Shown: one piece after another, positions 47,384 through 56,168 of the stretch
Layout: each line of letters starts with the position of its first letter
How positions within the stretch are numbered: position 1 is the first letter of the stretch
IMG/VR virus record: IMGVR_UViG_3300021962_009794
Direction: 5' to 3' (one strand)
Origin: a virus
Taxonomy: Duplodnaviria; Heunggongvirae; Uroviricota; Caudoviricetes
DNA: 64,000 nt
The notes under the pieces: model-generated
What the model was told of the DNA's origin: nothing
Databases searched by the model: none
What the model saw: the letters and a program-made list of their open reading frames with translations, nothing else
Program-made: the position numbers and the translations under genes

Positions 47384-47748
47384 TGAACAAAGAACAAAAA
47401 GCACAATCGATAATCGGGCCACTTGGAGCTATTATCTCACATTCAAAAAGCGGTTACCGAGAAAGATATCCGGAAAACCTTTCAATTTTCAATGCAAACA
47501 TCTGCACAGCCAACGAGAAGATATGGTGGGGTGATTTGGATGTTACTCTAAGTCAAACATTCATAGCAGATCTGGCATTTATTCTGAATGAAGATCTTTA
47601 CGTTCTATATGAGATGGACGGAAGATTCGAAAATGAGGAGAAACCTAAGGTAGATAAATATGCAGTTAAATTCTTTTATGATGGAGGTATTGAGTTATCT
47701 AAATCTTTAACTGAATACTATGACAACAATCTAAGGATAAAAAAATGA
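47383..47748 (+). CDS. hypothetical protein
   Basis: 121-aa ORF. Confidence 0.7.
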   Translation: MNKEQKAQSIIGPLGAIISHSKSGYRERYPENLSIFNANICTANEKIWWGDLDVTLSQTFIADLAFILNEDLYVLYEMDGRFENEEKPKVDKYAVKFFYDGGIELSKSLTEYYDNNLRIKK

Positions 47749-48446
47749 AAGCAGAAAAAGTAAAAGCCCTATTTATATCGGACGTCCACTTGGGTAGCAA
47801 GGGATCTAATTCCGGCAAACTTTTAGAAACACTAAAAATGTATGAGCCAGAGGAACTTTTTATAGTTGGGGATTTTATTGACGGATGGCTTCTTAAAAAA
47901 AGACATTACTGGACACAGCAAAACACAAACCTAATTAGAAAAATTCTTTCTTACAGTAAAAACGGAACAGCGGTTACCTACATTACAGGAAACCATGACG
48001 AATTTTTAAGACATTACGTTCCTTTATTTCTCGGAGATAACATAAAGGTTGTTGATGAGGCAGAGTTCAATGGATATTACATAACCCACGGGGATCTTTA
48101 TGACGGGGTAGTTAAATTAAAATGGTTGGGTGTTTTGGGCTCAGTAGGTTACGAGATAGCCATAAGTGCTGACCGATTTATGAAAAGGCTTGGGTACAAA
48201 AGATCACTGAGTAAGTATTTAAAAAATAAAGTCAAAGGAGCGGTAAAATTCATAACTTCTTTTGAAAAGCAATTAGTTTTTCAAGCTAAGAAAAGAGGAT
48301 GCTCCGGAGTTATTTGCGGTCACATACACACTGTCGCAAATACGAACATAGACGGAATCCACTATCTTAATTGCGGAGACTGGATAGAAAATAATAGCTA
48401 TATACTTTATGATAAAGGATCGTTTGAGCATCGTTATTCCATGTAA
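47745..48446 (+). CDS. UDP-2,3-diacylglucosamine diphosphatase-like metallophosphoesterase (LpxH family)
   Basis: SDVHLG, VGDFIDGW, GNHDE, HGDLYD, CGHIH, NCGDWIE. Confidence 0.85.
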   Translation: MKAEKVKALFISDVHLGSKGSNSGKLLETLKMYEPEELFIVGDFIDGWLLKKRHYWTQQNTNLIRKILSYSKNGTAVTYITGNHDEFLRHYVPLFLGDNIKVVDEAEFNGYYITHGDLYDGVVKLKWLGVLGSVGYEIAISADRFMKRLGYKRSLSKYLKNKVKGAVKFITSFEKQLVFQAKKRGCSGVICGHIHTVANTNIDGIHYLNCGDWIENNSYILYDKGSFEHRYSM

Positions 48447-49134
48447 GAATGAGGAGAATTATATAAGGAGAACTCTGGACGAGATCTCCCTTCAGTTTGG
48501 TATAAGAGGAACAAGTGTTATAATTGCAGATGGAGGTTCCACCGATTCCACCCTTTCAAAAATAAAAGACTTCATAAATTCAGAGGACAATAATCTGGAC
48601 GTGGAAATTATAAAGGGCGGGAGTGTCTCAGTGGGTAGAAACCGAGGGGCATCCTTGGTTAAAACTCCTCTTATATTATTTCTAGATGCAGACATAACGT
48701 TTACTGATTTACTTGCCATACAAAATGCTCTAGATTATCTCGATAAAAATCCTAATATAGAACTTATAGGAACTACCCCCGAATATATGGGGGAATTTGA
48801 TTTAGCAGCAAGTCTTATATTTTTCTTCAATAACATAACAGCTAAAATAATGTCCATTGCGGATCCTTTTGCAGTTGGAGCATTCATGTTGATATCAAGA
48901 AAAAAATTCGTGGAGATAGGAGGGTTTGATGAGGAAGTACATCAGTCAGAGGATTGGCTATTGAGCAGGCAGATAAAATCAAAAAACTTTAAACTCATTC
49001 CGAATCTAATAACCCAGGATAATCGGAGATTTAAAAAATTCGGTTACATTAAGATGCTCAAAATGGTTATCAAGAACTGGTTTAACAGAGGGAACAAAAA
49101 ACACTTTCATAAAGATCAAAAATACTGGGAATGA
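48409..49134 (+). CDS. GT2 glycosyltransferase
   Basis: SIVIPCKNEE, ADGGSTD, RNRGA, FLDAD, SEDW. Confidence 0.9.
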   Translation: MIKDRLSIVIPCKNEENYIRRTLDEISLQFGIRGTSVIIADGGSTDSTLSKIKDFINSEDNNLDVEIIKGGSVSVGRNRGASLVKTPLILFLDADITFTDLLAIQNALDYLDKNPNIELIGTTPEYMGEFDLAASLIFFFNNITAKIMSIADPFAVGAFMLISRKKFVEIGGFDEEVHQSEDWLLSRQIKSKNFKLIPNLITQDNRRFKKFGYIKMLKMVIKNWFNRGNKKHFHKDQKYWE

Positions 49135-49556
49135 TAATAAACATACAACTAGAAGACTTAGAACACGAATTTATACCATACTTCAAATTCAGATCCATAA
49201 CCGCTCTATCACTGGACTATGCTACAAATGCTATCCACGGGTATCTTGGCGACAAGGAGGTAATAGTCTTCAGGTTTAAGGATTATGGATTTATCCACGA
49301 TAACAGATTCAATACATGCTCACTCTCCTACGGTGAAGCAGGGATAACCATAGAAGTAAGAAAAACTATGGATAGACCGCTATCTCAGGAGGATAGAATA
49401 AAATGGTTCTTTGCAAATTATTACGAGACTGGTATGGAACTATCGAGTTTGCTAATAAGCATGAAGGACACCGATTTAGATAACCTCTTATGGTATGATC
49501 AAAAAATAGATATACCTAAGAGCTCATTAGAAGCCGCTAGACGCACGCAAAATTAA
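49131..49556 (+). CDS. hypothetical protein
   Basis: 141-aa ORF. Confidence 0.6.
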   Translation: MIINIQLEDLEHEFIPYFKFRSITALSLDYATNAIHGYLGDKEVIVFRFKDYGFIHDNRFNTCSLSYGEAGITIEVRKTMDRPLSQEDRIKWFFANYYETGMELSSLLISMKDTDLDNLLWYDQKIDIPKSSLEAARRTQN

Positions 49557-49561
49557 ATACA

Positions 49562-51250
49562 ATGGTAAGCTTAGGATTTTCAGTAGGACACGATAAAGGC
49601 TGTGTAATCATAGTAGACGGAGAGGTTAAAGTGGGTATATCTCAGGAGAGGCTCACGAGAGTGAAACATGACGGTGGATATAGCACGGTTTTACCGGTAG
49701 AAGCTATAGATTACTGTCTACAATATCTCGGTTTGGAGTATTCCGACGTCGACAGATGGACTTTTAATACAGTAGAGGATGACGATGTTGTAGCGGATTC
49801 TTTCGAGAAGACCTTTGGCATCGATAGAAGTAGACTCCACTTTATACCCCACCACCTAGCTCACGCATACTCGACCTTTTACAGCTCTGGATTCTCAGAA
49901 GCTGCGGTTGTTGTTGCTGACGCAATGGGGAGTGTTTTGAAAAGAGGTAGTAATGCTCTAAAATGGTTTGGGCGGGAATGGCCAGGTACTGAAGATTACG
50001 AATATGCAGAGGGTATAACTATTTACAAGTTCGCTCCTGGTGAGGACAAAGAGGTTTATAAAAAATGGATAAAGTACCCAATGATGCTTGACGGAAATTC
50101 GGAAACATCCATTGGTGAACAATACGGAAAAGGATCACTCCAACTTGTGTATGATCCTAAGACTAATTCTTGGCCGGCAGGAAAACTTATGGGACTAGCT
50201 TCATATGCTGATCAGGAATGGGTTAAGCAAATTCCTTCTCACACGACTTTAAGCGATAGTGAAATATTTATACCTTCAGTTAAGATAATGCCAGAGGTAG
50301 ATTATAGGTCAGATTTCTATTCTAAAGCAAATGTTGCTGGTCTATATCAAAGAGACCAGGAGCAAAATTCAATTCATCTGGTTGGGATGGCTAAGAGATT
50401 AACAGGGTCAGAGAATGTTTGTGTTGCGGGGGGATCTTTTCTAAACTGCAACACAAACGAGATGATAATAAAATCTGGTTTGTATAAAGATCAGTACTTC
50501 GTTCCCTGTTCAGACGACAGCGGTATACCATTAGGATGTGCTTGGTGGGGTTACGTTAAAAGCGAGAGAGCACCTAAAGGAAAGTACCTTAATCCTTACA
50601 TGGGCAGGTCATATTCAGATCTCCAGATAAAAGATGCTATCGATAAAGCTTCAGCTGAATTTGAATTTGGTGATTTGGTTAATGTTGACCTGTACCGGGA
50701 TAAATCTGAGCAGATCAGAAACGTAGCTTCAATCATTAATCAAAATAAAGTTATCGGTCTATTCCAGGGAGGATCTGAAATTGGTCCGAGAGCTTTGGGT
50801 AACAGATCGATAATAGCTTCACCGAAATGTGTATGGATGAAGGATCACATAAATCACGATATTAAATTAAGAGAGTGGTATAGACCATTCGCACCATCAG
50901 TTCTTTTTGATAGGCAAAAAGATGTTTTCGATCTGGATGTTTATTCTCCTTACATGATGGTGACTGCGAGAGTCAAAGAAGAGTGGAAATCTAGAATACC
51001 TTCTGTGGTTCATATAGATGGAACTTCTAGATACCAATCGGTAACGAAAGAATCGAATCCATATTACCATAGGCTGATTTCCGAATTTGAAAGTCTGAGT
51101 GGAATACCTCTTGTACTAAATACTAGTTTTAATGGTCCGGACGAGCCAATAGTTGAATCTCCTTATCACGCTATCAGAACGTTCTGGAAAAGAAATCTCC
51201 ATGCACTCTGCATAGGTAACTATGTGATTACACGAAAGCCAAATCAATAA
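49562..51250 (+). CDS. CmcH/NodU-family O-carbamoyltransferase
   Basis: GHD, ERLTRVKHD, HHLAHA, GKLMGLASY, AGGSFLNC, EIGPRALGNRS, REWYRPFAPS, HIDGTSRYQ, LNTSFN. Confidence 0.95.
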   Translation: MVSLGFSVGHDKGCVIIVDGEVKVGISQERLTRVKHDGGYSTVLPVEAIDYCLQYLGLEYSDVDRWTFNTVEDDDVVADSFEKTFGIDRSRLHFIPHHLAHAYSTFYSSGFSEAAVVVADAMGSVLKRGSNALKWFGREWPGTEDYEYAEGITIYKFAPGEDKEVYKKWIKYPMMLDGNSETSIGEQYGKGSLQLVYDPKTNSWPAGKLMGLASYADQEWVKQIPSHTTLSDSEIFIPSVKIMPEVDYRSDFYSKANVAGLYQRDQEQNSIHLVGMAKRLTGSENVCVAGGSFLNCNTNEMIIKSGLYKDQYFVPCSDDSGIPLGCAWWGYVKSERAPKGKYLNPYMGRSYSDLQIKDAIDKASAEFEFGDLVNVDLYRDKSEQIRNVASIINQNKVIGLFQGGSEIGPRALGNRSIIASPKCVWMKDHINHDIKLREWYRPFAPSVLFDRQKDVFDLDVYSPYMMVTARVKEEWKSRIPSVVHIDGTSRYQSVTKESNPYYHRLISEFESLSGIPLVLNTSFNGPDEPIVESPYHAIRTFWKRNLHALCIGNYVITRKPNQ

Positions 51251-51459
51251 TTATTTCTGTCAGGAAAAAGAGGATCAGGAGCTACAGGTTCCTGATTTTT
51301 TTTGTTCGCCAAATACGCCATTGCTGTTTGACCTAACTGATCCTCGAAGCTAGGCATCTTAAAAGGTTCTTGAATGACATTAACACCGTTTACTATATCT
51401 GGATTCATTGCCTCCAGTCTTTTAGCTATATGATCTAAATATTCCTTGCTCGGTCTCAT
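51244..51459 (-). CDS. hypothetical protein
   Basis: 71-aa ORF filling the gap on the minus strand. Confidence 0.55.
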   Translation of the reverse strand: MRPSKEYLDHIAKRLEAMNPDIVNGVNVIQEPFKMPSFEDQLGQTAMAYLANKKNQEPVAPDPLFPDRNNY

Positions 51460-51475
51460 TCTTTATATACCTAAA

Positions 51476-51533
51476 TTTTTTATCTCCGTAAATTATGTCT
51501 ACATTGGAACAAAATAAGGAATCCCCGTTATAA
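51476..51533 (+). promoter_or_regulatory. overlapping promoters: T-tract/CCG/N11/TACATTGG variant and TGGAAC-N17-TTATAA
   Basis: CCG at 51486-51488 with TACATTGG at 51500-51507; TGGAAC at 51505-51510 with TTATAA at 51528-51533. Confidence 0.5.
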
Positions 51534-51538
51534 ATCAT

Positions 51539-51910
51539 ATGGAACTTGCAACGTTTTCTCAAATAGTACTCAAGCTTAAAGCTCATGATGAAAAGATCAA
51601 TAAGCTTTATAAAATGGGTGTCGATATCATAGATTTCCAAGAAGATCTCCGCTCTATCATAACCTTATTGATCAAAGAGGTATATGGCGAAGAAGGCGAA
51701 GATTGGTTTAGTTGGTTTTGCTATGAAGCTGACTATGGTGAAAAAGATTGGAGCAAGCATGACTGCTACAAAATGATTGATGGGGTGATGACAAAGATCA
51801 GAGATGCAGGAGAGCAAACTCACGGGGCATTTGACGAAGACGGAAATCCAATTTGCTATTCAATCGAGTCAACCTGGGAATATTTAGAAAAAAACTATAG
51901 AATTAAATAA
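51539..51910 (+). CDS. hypothetical protein
   Basis: 123-aa ORF. Confidence 0.7.
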   Translation: MELATFSQIVLKLKAHDEKINKLYKMGVDIIDFQEDLRSIITLLIKEVYGEEGEDWFSWFCYEADYGEKDWSKHDCYKMIDGVMTKIRDAGEQTHGAFDEDGNPICYSIESTWEYLEKNYRIK

Positions 51911-51911
51911 T

Positions 51912-52103
51912 ATGAGCGGAGAAGTAGAAATGGACCATTGCGATTTTTGCCAAGAAATCAAATCGGTGGAAAGAACTTACCTGAGACCTAGTAAGTATGT
52001 TAAATCCGATGATCAAACGATGAATCAGCACCTATACAACGAAGGATGTTATTTCATAATTATCAAAACTTGTTTCGATTGCGGAACACCTAAGACTTCG
52101 TAA
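51912..52103 (+). CDS. small Cys-containing hypothetical protein (CDFC...CFDC)
   Basis: 63-aa ORF with two CxxC motifs. Confidence 0.6.
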   Translation: MSGEVEMDHCDFCQEIKSVERTYLRPSKYVKSDDQTMNQHLYNEGCYFIIIKTCFDCGTPKTS

Positions 52104-52104
52104 T

Positions 52105-52449
52105 ATGAGTGGTGGAGCTTTTGAATATAACCAGTACAAGATCGGCTACATAGCAGATCAGATTGAACACGAGATCGAAAAGAGCGGAAGACCTAAAACT
52201 CAAGAAGAACTTAAGGAAGAAAGCTGGAGAGGTCCGGATTGGTATGAGCAGTACCCCGAATACTTGAACCACTATAAGTATCCAGATGAGGTGATCGAAG
52301 AATTTAAGAATGCGGTTAAACATCTTAGAGTAGCAGAGATCTATGCTCAAAGAGTGGATTGGCTACTAAGCGGAGATGATGGTGACGAGACATTCACGAA
52401 AAGACTAAAAGAAGATCTGACAAAATTGGAAAATAGAGACAATGCTTGA
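52105..52449 (+). CDS. hypothetical phage protein
   Basis: MSGGAFEY...AQRVDWLLSGDDG. Confidence 0.7.
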   Translation: MSGGAFEYNQYKIGYIADQIEHEIEKSGRPKTQEELKEESWRGPDWYEQYPEYLNHYKYPDEVIEEFKNAVKHLRVAEIYAQRVDWLLSGDDGDETFTKRLKEDLTKLENRDNA

Positions 52450-52633
52450 TATACAAGAGAAAATCGAAAAACAAGGGTTCTTAAGGGAACCAACTGAGGA
52501 TAGAATTGCTCTTTATGAGTTAATGAGGAAAAAGTATCCTAAAGGAAAAAAAGAAATGCAGCTAAGGCTTGCCATGGAAATTAGTGACGATAGGATAGCT
52601 AATTACGTTGACATTTTTAACTCGACTAAATAA
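52442..52633 (+). CDS. hypothetical protein
   Basis: 63-aa ORF. Confidence 0.5.
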   Translation: MLDIQEKIEKQGFLREPTEDRIALYELMRKKYPKGKKEMQLRLAMEISDDRIANYVDIFNSTK

Positions 52634-52634
52634 A

Positions 52635-53207
52635 ATGAAAATAATATTTTTAGATCACGACGGAGTAATCTGTTTGTCCTCCGAGTGGGGCGGACGTTAC
52701 AAGAAACAAGAAAAATGGGGCGGACGTAAACTATCTATGTCCAATAGGGAAATCCCATTAGAGTACCGATTTGACAACTTCAATAAAAAAGCGGTTAAAG
52801 TTCTTAACGAAATCTTAGGAGAAACTGGTGCTGAAATTGTTGTGTCATCCGATTGGAAATTACATGCAACACTTGAAGAACTTGGTAACTACTACGAACA
52901 ACAAGGGATTATTAAAAAACCAATTGCATTAACCAAAAATTTAGGACAATGTACTTGGTATAACGATCAGATTTGGATTTGGTCACCCAGATGGGATTCG
53001 GAGATGACTAGAGTTATTGAGATGACTCAATACCTACACGATCATCCGGAAATTACACATTGGGTTTCTGTTGATGACCTTGATATGGGTAAGAATGGAG
53101 AGGATTGGAAAAATTGGGGAATTGATAATTTTGTACTGACGCCAAGTTCAAACGAAGGGATCAAACAATCAGGAATAAAGGAAAAGATTTTAAAATACCT
53201 AAAATAA
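52635..53207 (+). CDS. HAD-superfamily protein (HAD_SAK_2-like)
   Basis: IIFLDHDGVI (DxD), IVVSSDWK, WVSVDD. ATG start at 52635. Confidence 0.85.
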   Translation: MKIIFLDHDGVICLSSEWGGRYKKQEKWGGRKLSMSNREIPLEYRFDNFNKKAVKVLNEILGETGAEIVVSSDWKLHATLEELGNYYEQQGIIKKPIALTKNLGQCTWYNDQIWIWSPRWDSEMTRVIEMTQYLHDHPEITHWVSVDDLDMGKNGEDWKNWGIDNFVLTPSSNEGIKQSGIKEKILKYLK

Positions 53208-53212
53208 GGAAA

Positions 53213-53956
53213 ATGATAAAAGCAATTAAAAAAATATTTTCAAGGGGAAAAAAATCAGAGATTAACGTGGTAATGAGTTCTTCTGATGGACTTGATGATA
53301 CATTCCTTTTTGACTTTAAAAACTATCAATCGGGATATAGAGGAAACGGGGTTACTCTAACCACAACTTTCATGAATTTCAGTGGTTCTGATGGCAGTAG
53401 CGATAATGATAGTCCAGTAGATGCTGACAAAAAGCCAAAGAAGATTGCGGTTAAGCCAATCGACGTTATTAATGAGTTGGAAACTATTCCGACCCCTTGG
53501 ACTTTATCTAACCTCCAGGACAAGATAGAGATCCTTGAATATAAGAGGGATTTGATCACTCAGAAGTATTCAAAGAGAGAGGTTGAGGCTATGATTGAAC
53601 GTTTAGAAAACAGAAAGAAATGGGATAAGTTCAGAAAGTTCTTTGATGGATACCAGAACACAACGGACGAAAAGATAGATGTTCTATTGGACAAGTATGA
53701 TTTGGTTATGAAAACATCAGACCTATTCGTTCCTGAATTTCCTGATATTGCAATTCAAACGATGAAGAGCTACAGTGACCACATGATGAAGCTTTGCAAA
53801 AAGAAACCGGTATTCTACGTTATTGCGGAACCTGATAAATTCAGGAAGGCGTACGAAAAAAGAGATCCAATCTTATTGGTACAAAGTCCATTTGGATTCT
53901 ACTGGCAAATATTGGGAGCTTGGGATAAAGAAATGATGCTTTTGAGCGAGCTTTAA
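53213..53956 (+). CDS. hypothetical phage protein
   Basis: 247-aa ORF ending RDPILLVQSPFGFYWQILGAWD. Confidence 0.75.
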   Translation: MIKAIKKIFSRGKKSEINVVMSSSDGLDDTFLFDFKNYQSGYRGNGVTLTTTFMNFSGSDGSSDNDSPVDADKKPKKIAVKPIDVINELETIPTPWTLSNLQDKIEILEYKRDLITQKYSKREVEAMIERLENRKKWDKFRKFFDGYQNTTDEKIDVLLDKYDLVMKTSDLFVPEFPDIAIQTMKSYSDHMMKLCKKKPVFYVIAEPDKFRKAYEKRDPILLVQSPFGFYWQILGAWDKEMMLLSEL

Positions 53957-53979
53957 TACTGTCAAGGGATATATAATCC

Positions 53980-55365
53980 ATGGCAAATCTGATACACAAC
54001 TTTGATTCGTTTGTAAGATTAAATGAATCGAAAAGCGACGGTACGAGCATCATAATTGGTGACTCATGTACCCCTATAATCTTTAAAAGATCTAAGACAC
54101 TTACCATGTTGGGTAACACTGGATCAGAAAAAAGCTTATGGAAAAGCGGAATGGGTGTTAAATGGTTAAAGGATGCTGTTTCAAAATATCAGGTTACGCC
54201 AAGTGTTAAAGACGTTGTGATAAACATTGGAACTAACGGAGCTTTTAATCCCAAAGACGATATTAAAGGTCTTATGACCGAATTAAGAAGAGTTTTCCCG
54301 CAGGCTAAATTCTGCGTGATTCAAGGGTCTTGGGGCTGGGGATATAACGTATCGATAACAGAGGATAAGGTTAAAAAATACTACGATATATTCAGAGCAG
54401 AAGGTGTTACTGTGATAGAACCACCAATCGGCAAGGTAAAAGATCCACACACAAATTTGCCAGTTTATGATGTGATAGCTAAGGCAATCGATGGATGGAT
54501 AACAAATCAATCCGGATACATCCAAACCACAGATTTAAGTAAAGGAAATTCAGCAACCAGTCAAATCATTTCTAGACCAGGGGATCCATACAGATACAAG
54601 GTGGAAAATGACCATTGGTTAGCCAAGAAGGACAGTCAAGCAAGATGGTATGAAATCACGGGAGCAGATTTTAAACCACCTTATCAGGTTTCTGTTGACA
54701 TACTTGACAAGGAAAATCCTAACATGAGATCTAAGAGTGCTCCAAAAAGAAGTGGAGCGGCTTCAGTTGATAACGGAACCAATGGAACTTCTGTTGTAAC
54801 GTCAACAGATTCAGAGGAGGATACAAATCTACCCCCACTATTAATAGGAAATCTTCCGATTAAACTTACCGGAAGCTATAAAGTTCCAAGAGTGATTCTA
54901 ATGAAAGCCGATGCATTGCATGCTTTCGACAGAAGAAAACTTGATGGATTTGGGGGTTACATGTTAAGAGGAGGACCTATTCCTAATAGATGGAAATCGA
55001 ACGTTAAGCTCGATCAGGGAAGAGGAATCAACCAAGTTCTAGAAGAATTGATCTTATCAGGAATTAAACCAGACGTAACAGAAATCAAGATAAAAGTTAA
55101 CGATGATTACAGCGTTAATTGGGAAGCAACAATAGATAAAAGCACAGACGGTAAAGCTTATGCTGGGGTTTCTACCAGAGGATCAGCCGGGGATAACGCT
55201 GACGAAAGAGCTATCGAACAGCTACCAAAAATGAAATCAAAAAAACCAAATGCTTCCGATTGGAAAATGGTTTTAGATTTTAACATAGAAAAACCAATAA
55301 AGATCAGACAATATTTCTATAAGTATACTGACTCTAGCGGATTAAAAGACCTTACGGGAAAATAA
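53980..55365 (+). CDS. multidomain protein: N-terminal motif + SGNH-like esterase + two unknown domains
   Basis: MANLIHNFDSFVRLNE; IIGDS (block I), INIGTNG (block III), DPH (block V); GATATATA at 53968-53975. Confidence 0.65.
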   Translation: MANLIHNFDSFVRLNESKSDGTSIIIGDSCTPIIFKRSKTLTMLGNTGSEKSLWKSGMGVKWLKDAVSKYQVTPSVKDVVINIGTNGAFNPKDDIKGLMTELRRVFPQAKFCVIQGSWGWGYNVSITEDKVKKYYDIFRAEGVTVIEPPIGKVKDPHTNLPVYDVIAKAIDGWITNQSGYIQTTDLSKGNSATSQIISRPGDPYRYKVENDHWLAKKDSQARWYEITGADFKPPYQVSVDILDKENPNMRSKSAPKRSGAASVDNGTNGTSVVTSTDSEEDTNLPPLLIGNLPIKLTGSYKVPRVILMKADALHAFDRRKLDGFGGYMLRGGPIPNRWKSNVKLDQGRGINQVLEELILSGIKPDVTEIKIKVNDDYSVNWEATIDKSTDGKAYAGVSTRGSAGDNADERAIEQLPKMKSKKPNASDWKMVLDFNIEKPIKIRQYFYKYTDSSGLKDLTGK

Positions 55366-55383
55366 ATTAATAAAAATAGAAAA

Positions 55384-55668
55384 ATGGCAAAAGTACAAGT
55401 ATTAGATTTTTACGCTGAATGGTGCGGACCATGTAAAGCTATGGGACCAGCAATCGAGTCTTTGATGACTGAATATAATGTCGAAGGTTCTGAGGTAGAG
55501 ATTAAAAAGGTGAATGTAGACAACGAGCCTGAGCTCACACAGAAATACAACGTTAGAGGAATTCCAACTCTTATCTTTTTAAAGGACGGAGAGCAAGCTA
55601 CGAAAATATCGGGTAACCAATCAAAAGCAAAGATCACCGAAATGATTAACGAGGTGTTAGAAGCATAA
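55384..55668 (+). CDS. trxA: thioredoxin
   Basis: FYAEWCGPC...VRGIPTLIF. Confidence 0.95.
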   Translation: MAKVQVLDFYAEWCGPCKAMGPAIESLMTEYNVEGSEVEIKKVNVDNEPELTQKYNVRGIPTLIFLKDGEQATKISGNQSKAKITEMINEVLEA

Positions 55669-55685
55669 CAACTTTAATAATCCAC

Positions 55686-55721
55686 AAAAAAGCCTAGTAA
55701 AATAAATTACTAGGCTTTTTT
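55686..55721. terminator. bidirectional intrinsic terminator
   Basis: A6-GCCTAGTAA-AATAAA-TTACTAGGC-T6 between convergent genes. Confidence 0.85.
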
Positions 55722-55726
55722 GTTTA

Positions 55727-56137
55727 TTAAGCTACTGTATATTCTATCTTCTTTTGCTCTACAACTGTCATACTTTCGCCGTTTCTATCAATGCGAATGT
55801 ATTCACAAGAAATAAGGCCAAACTCGTCTAGATGTTCTAAAACCTCTTCTGCTGTGAACTCTGAGCATGAGTAGATATCAAACTGAAACATTGCAGGGGA
55901 ATTGCGATCCCAAACGTGGATAGCTGCGTGTGAAGTTGCTAAGGTAACAGTTCCAGTGATTCCCTCGTTTCCTGGTTCATCAACGTAAATGGATGAGGGT
56001 CCGGCGACAACAACCATTCTCACTTTTTCGACTAGTCTTTTAAGCCAGTCATTTAAAAATTCTTCCTCTTTAGGAGGTAAGCTCACGTATCCTTTAACAA
56101 TTAAATGTAGGTGGTTAGGCAAGAATGGTTCTTTCAT
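55727..56137 (-). CDS. speD: pyruvoyl-dependent decarboxylase, AdoMetDC/SpeD-like
   Basis: GITGTVTLATSHAAIHVW...FDIYSC..F matches the SpeD core but has TS instead of ES at the cleavage site. Likely ATG start at 56137. Confidence 0.75.
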   Translation of the reverse strand: MKEPFLPNHLHLIVKGYVSLPPKEEEFLNDWLKRLVEKVRMVVVAGPSSIYVDEPGNEGITGTVTLATSHAAIHVWDRNSPAMFQFDIYSCSEFTAEEVLEHLDEFGLISCEYIRIDRNGESMTVVEQKKIEYTVA

Positions 56138-56168
56138 ATATTCTATTTTTTTTATCGTATATATTAAA

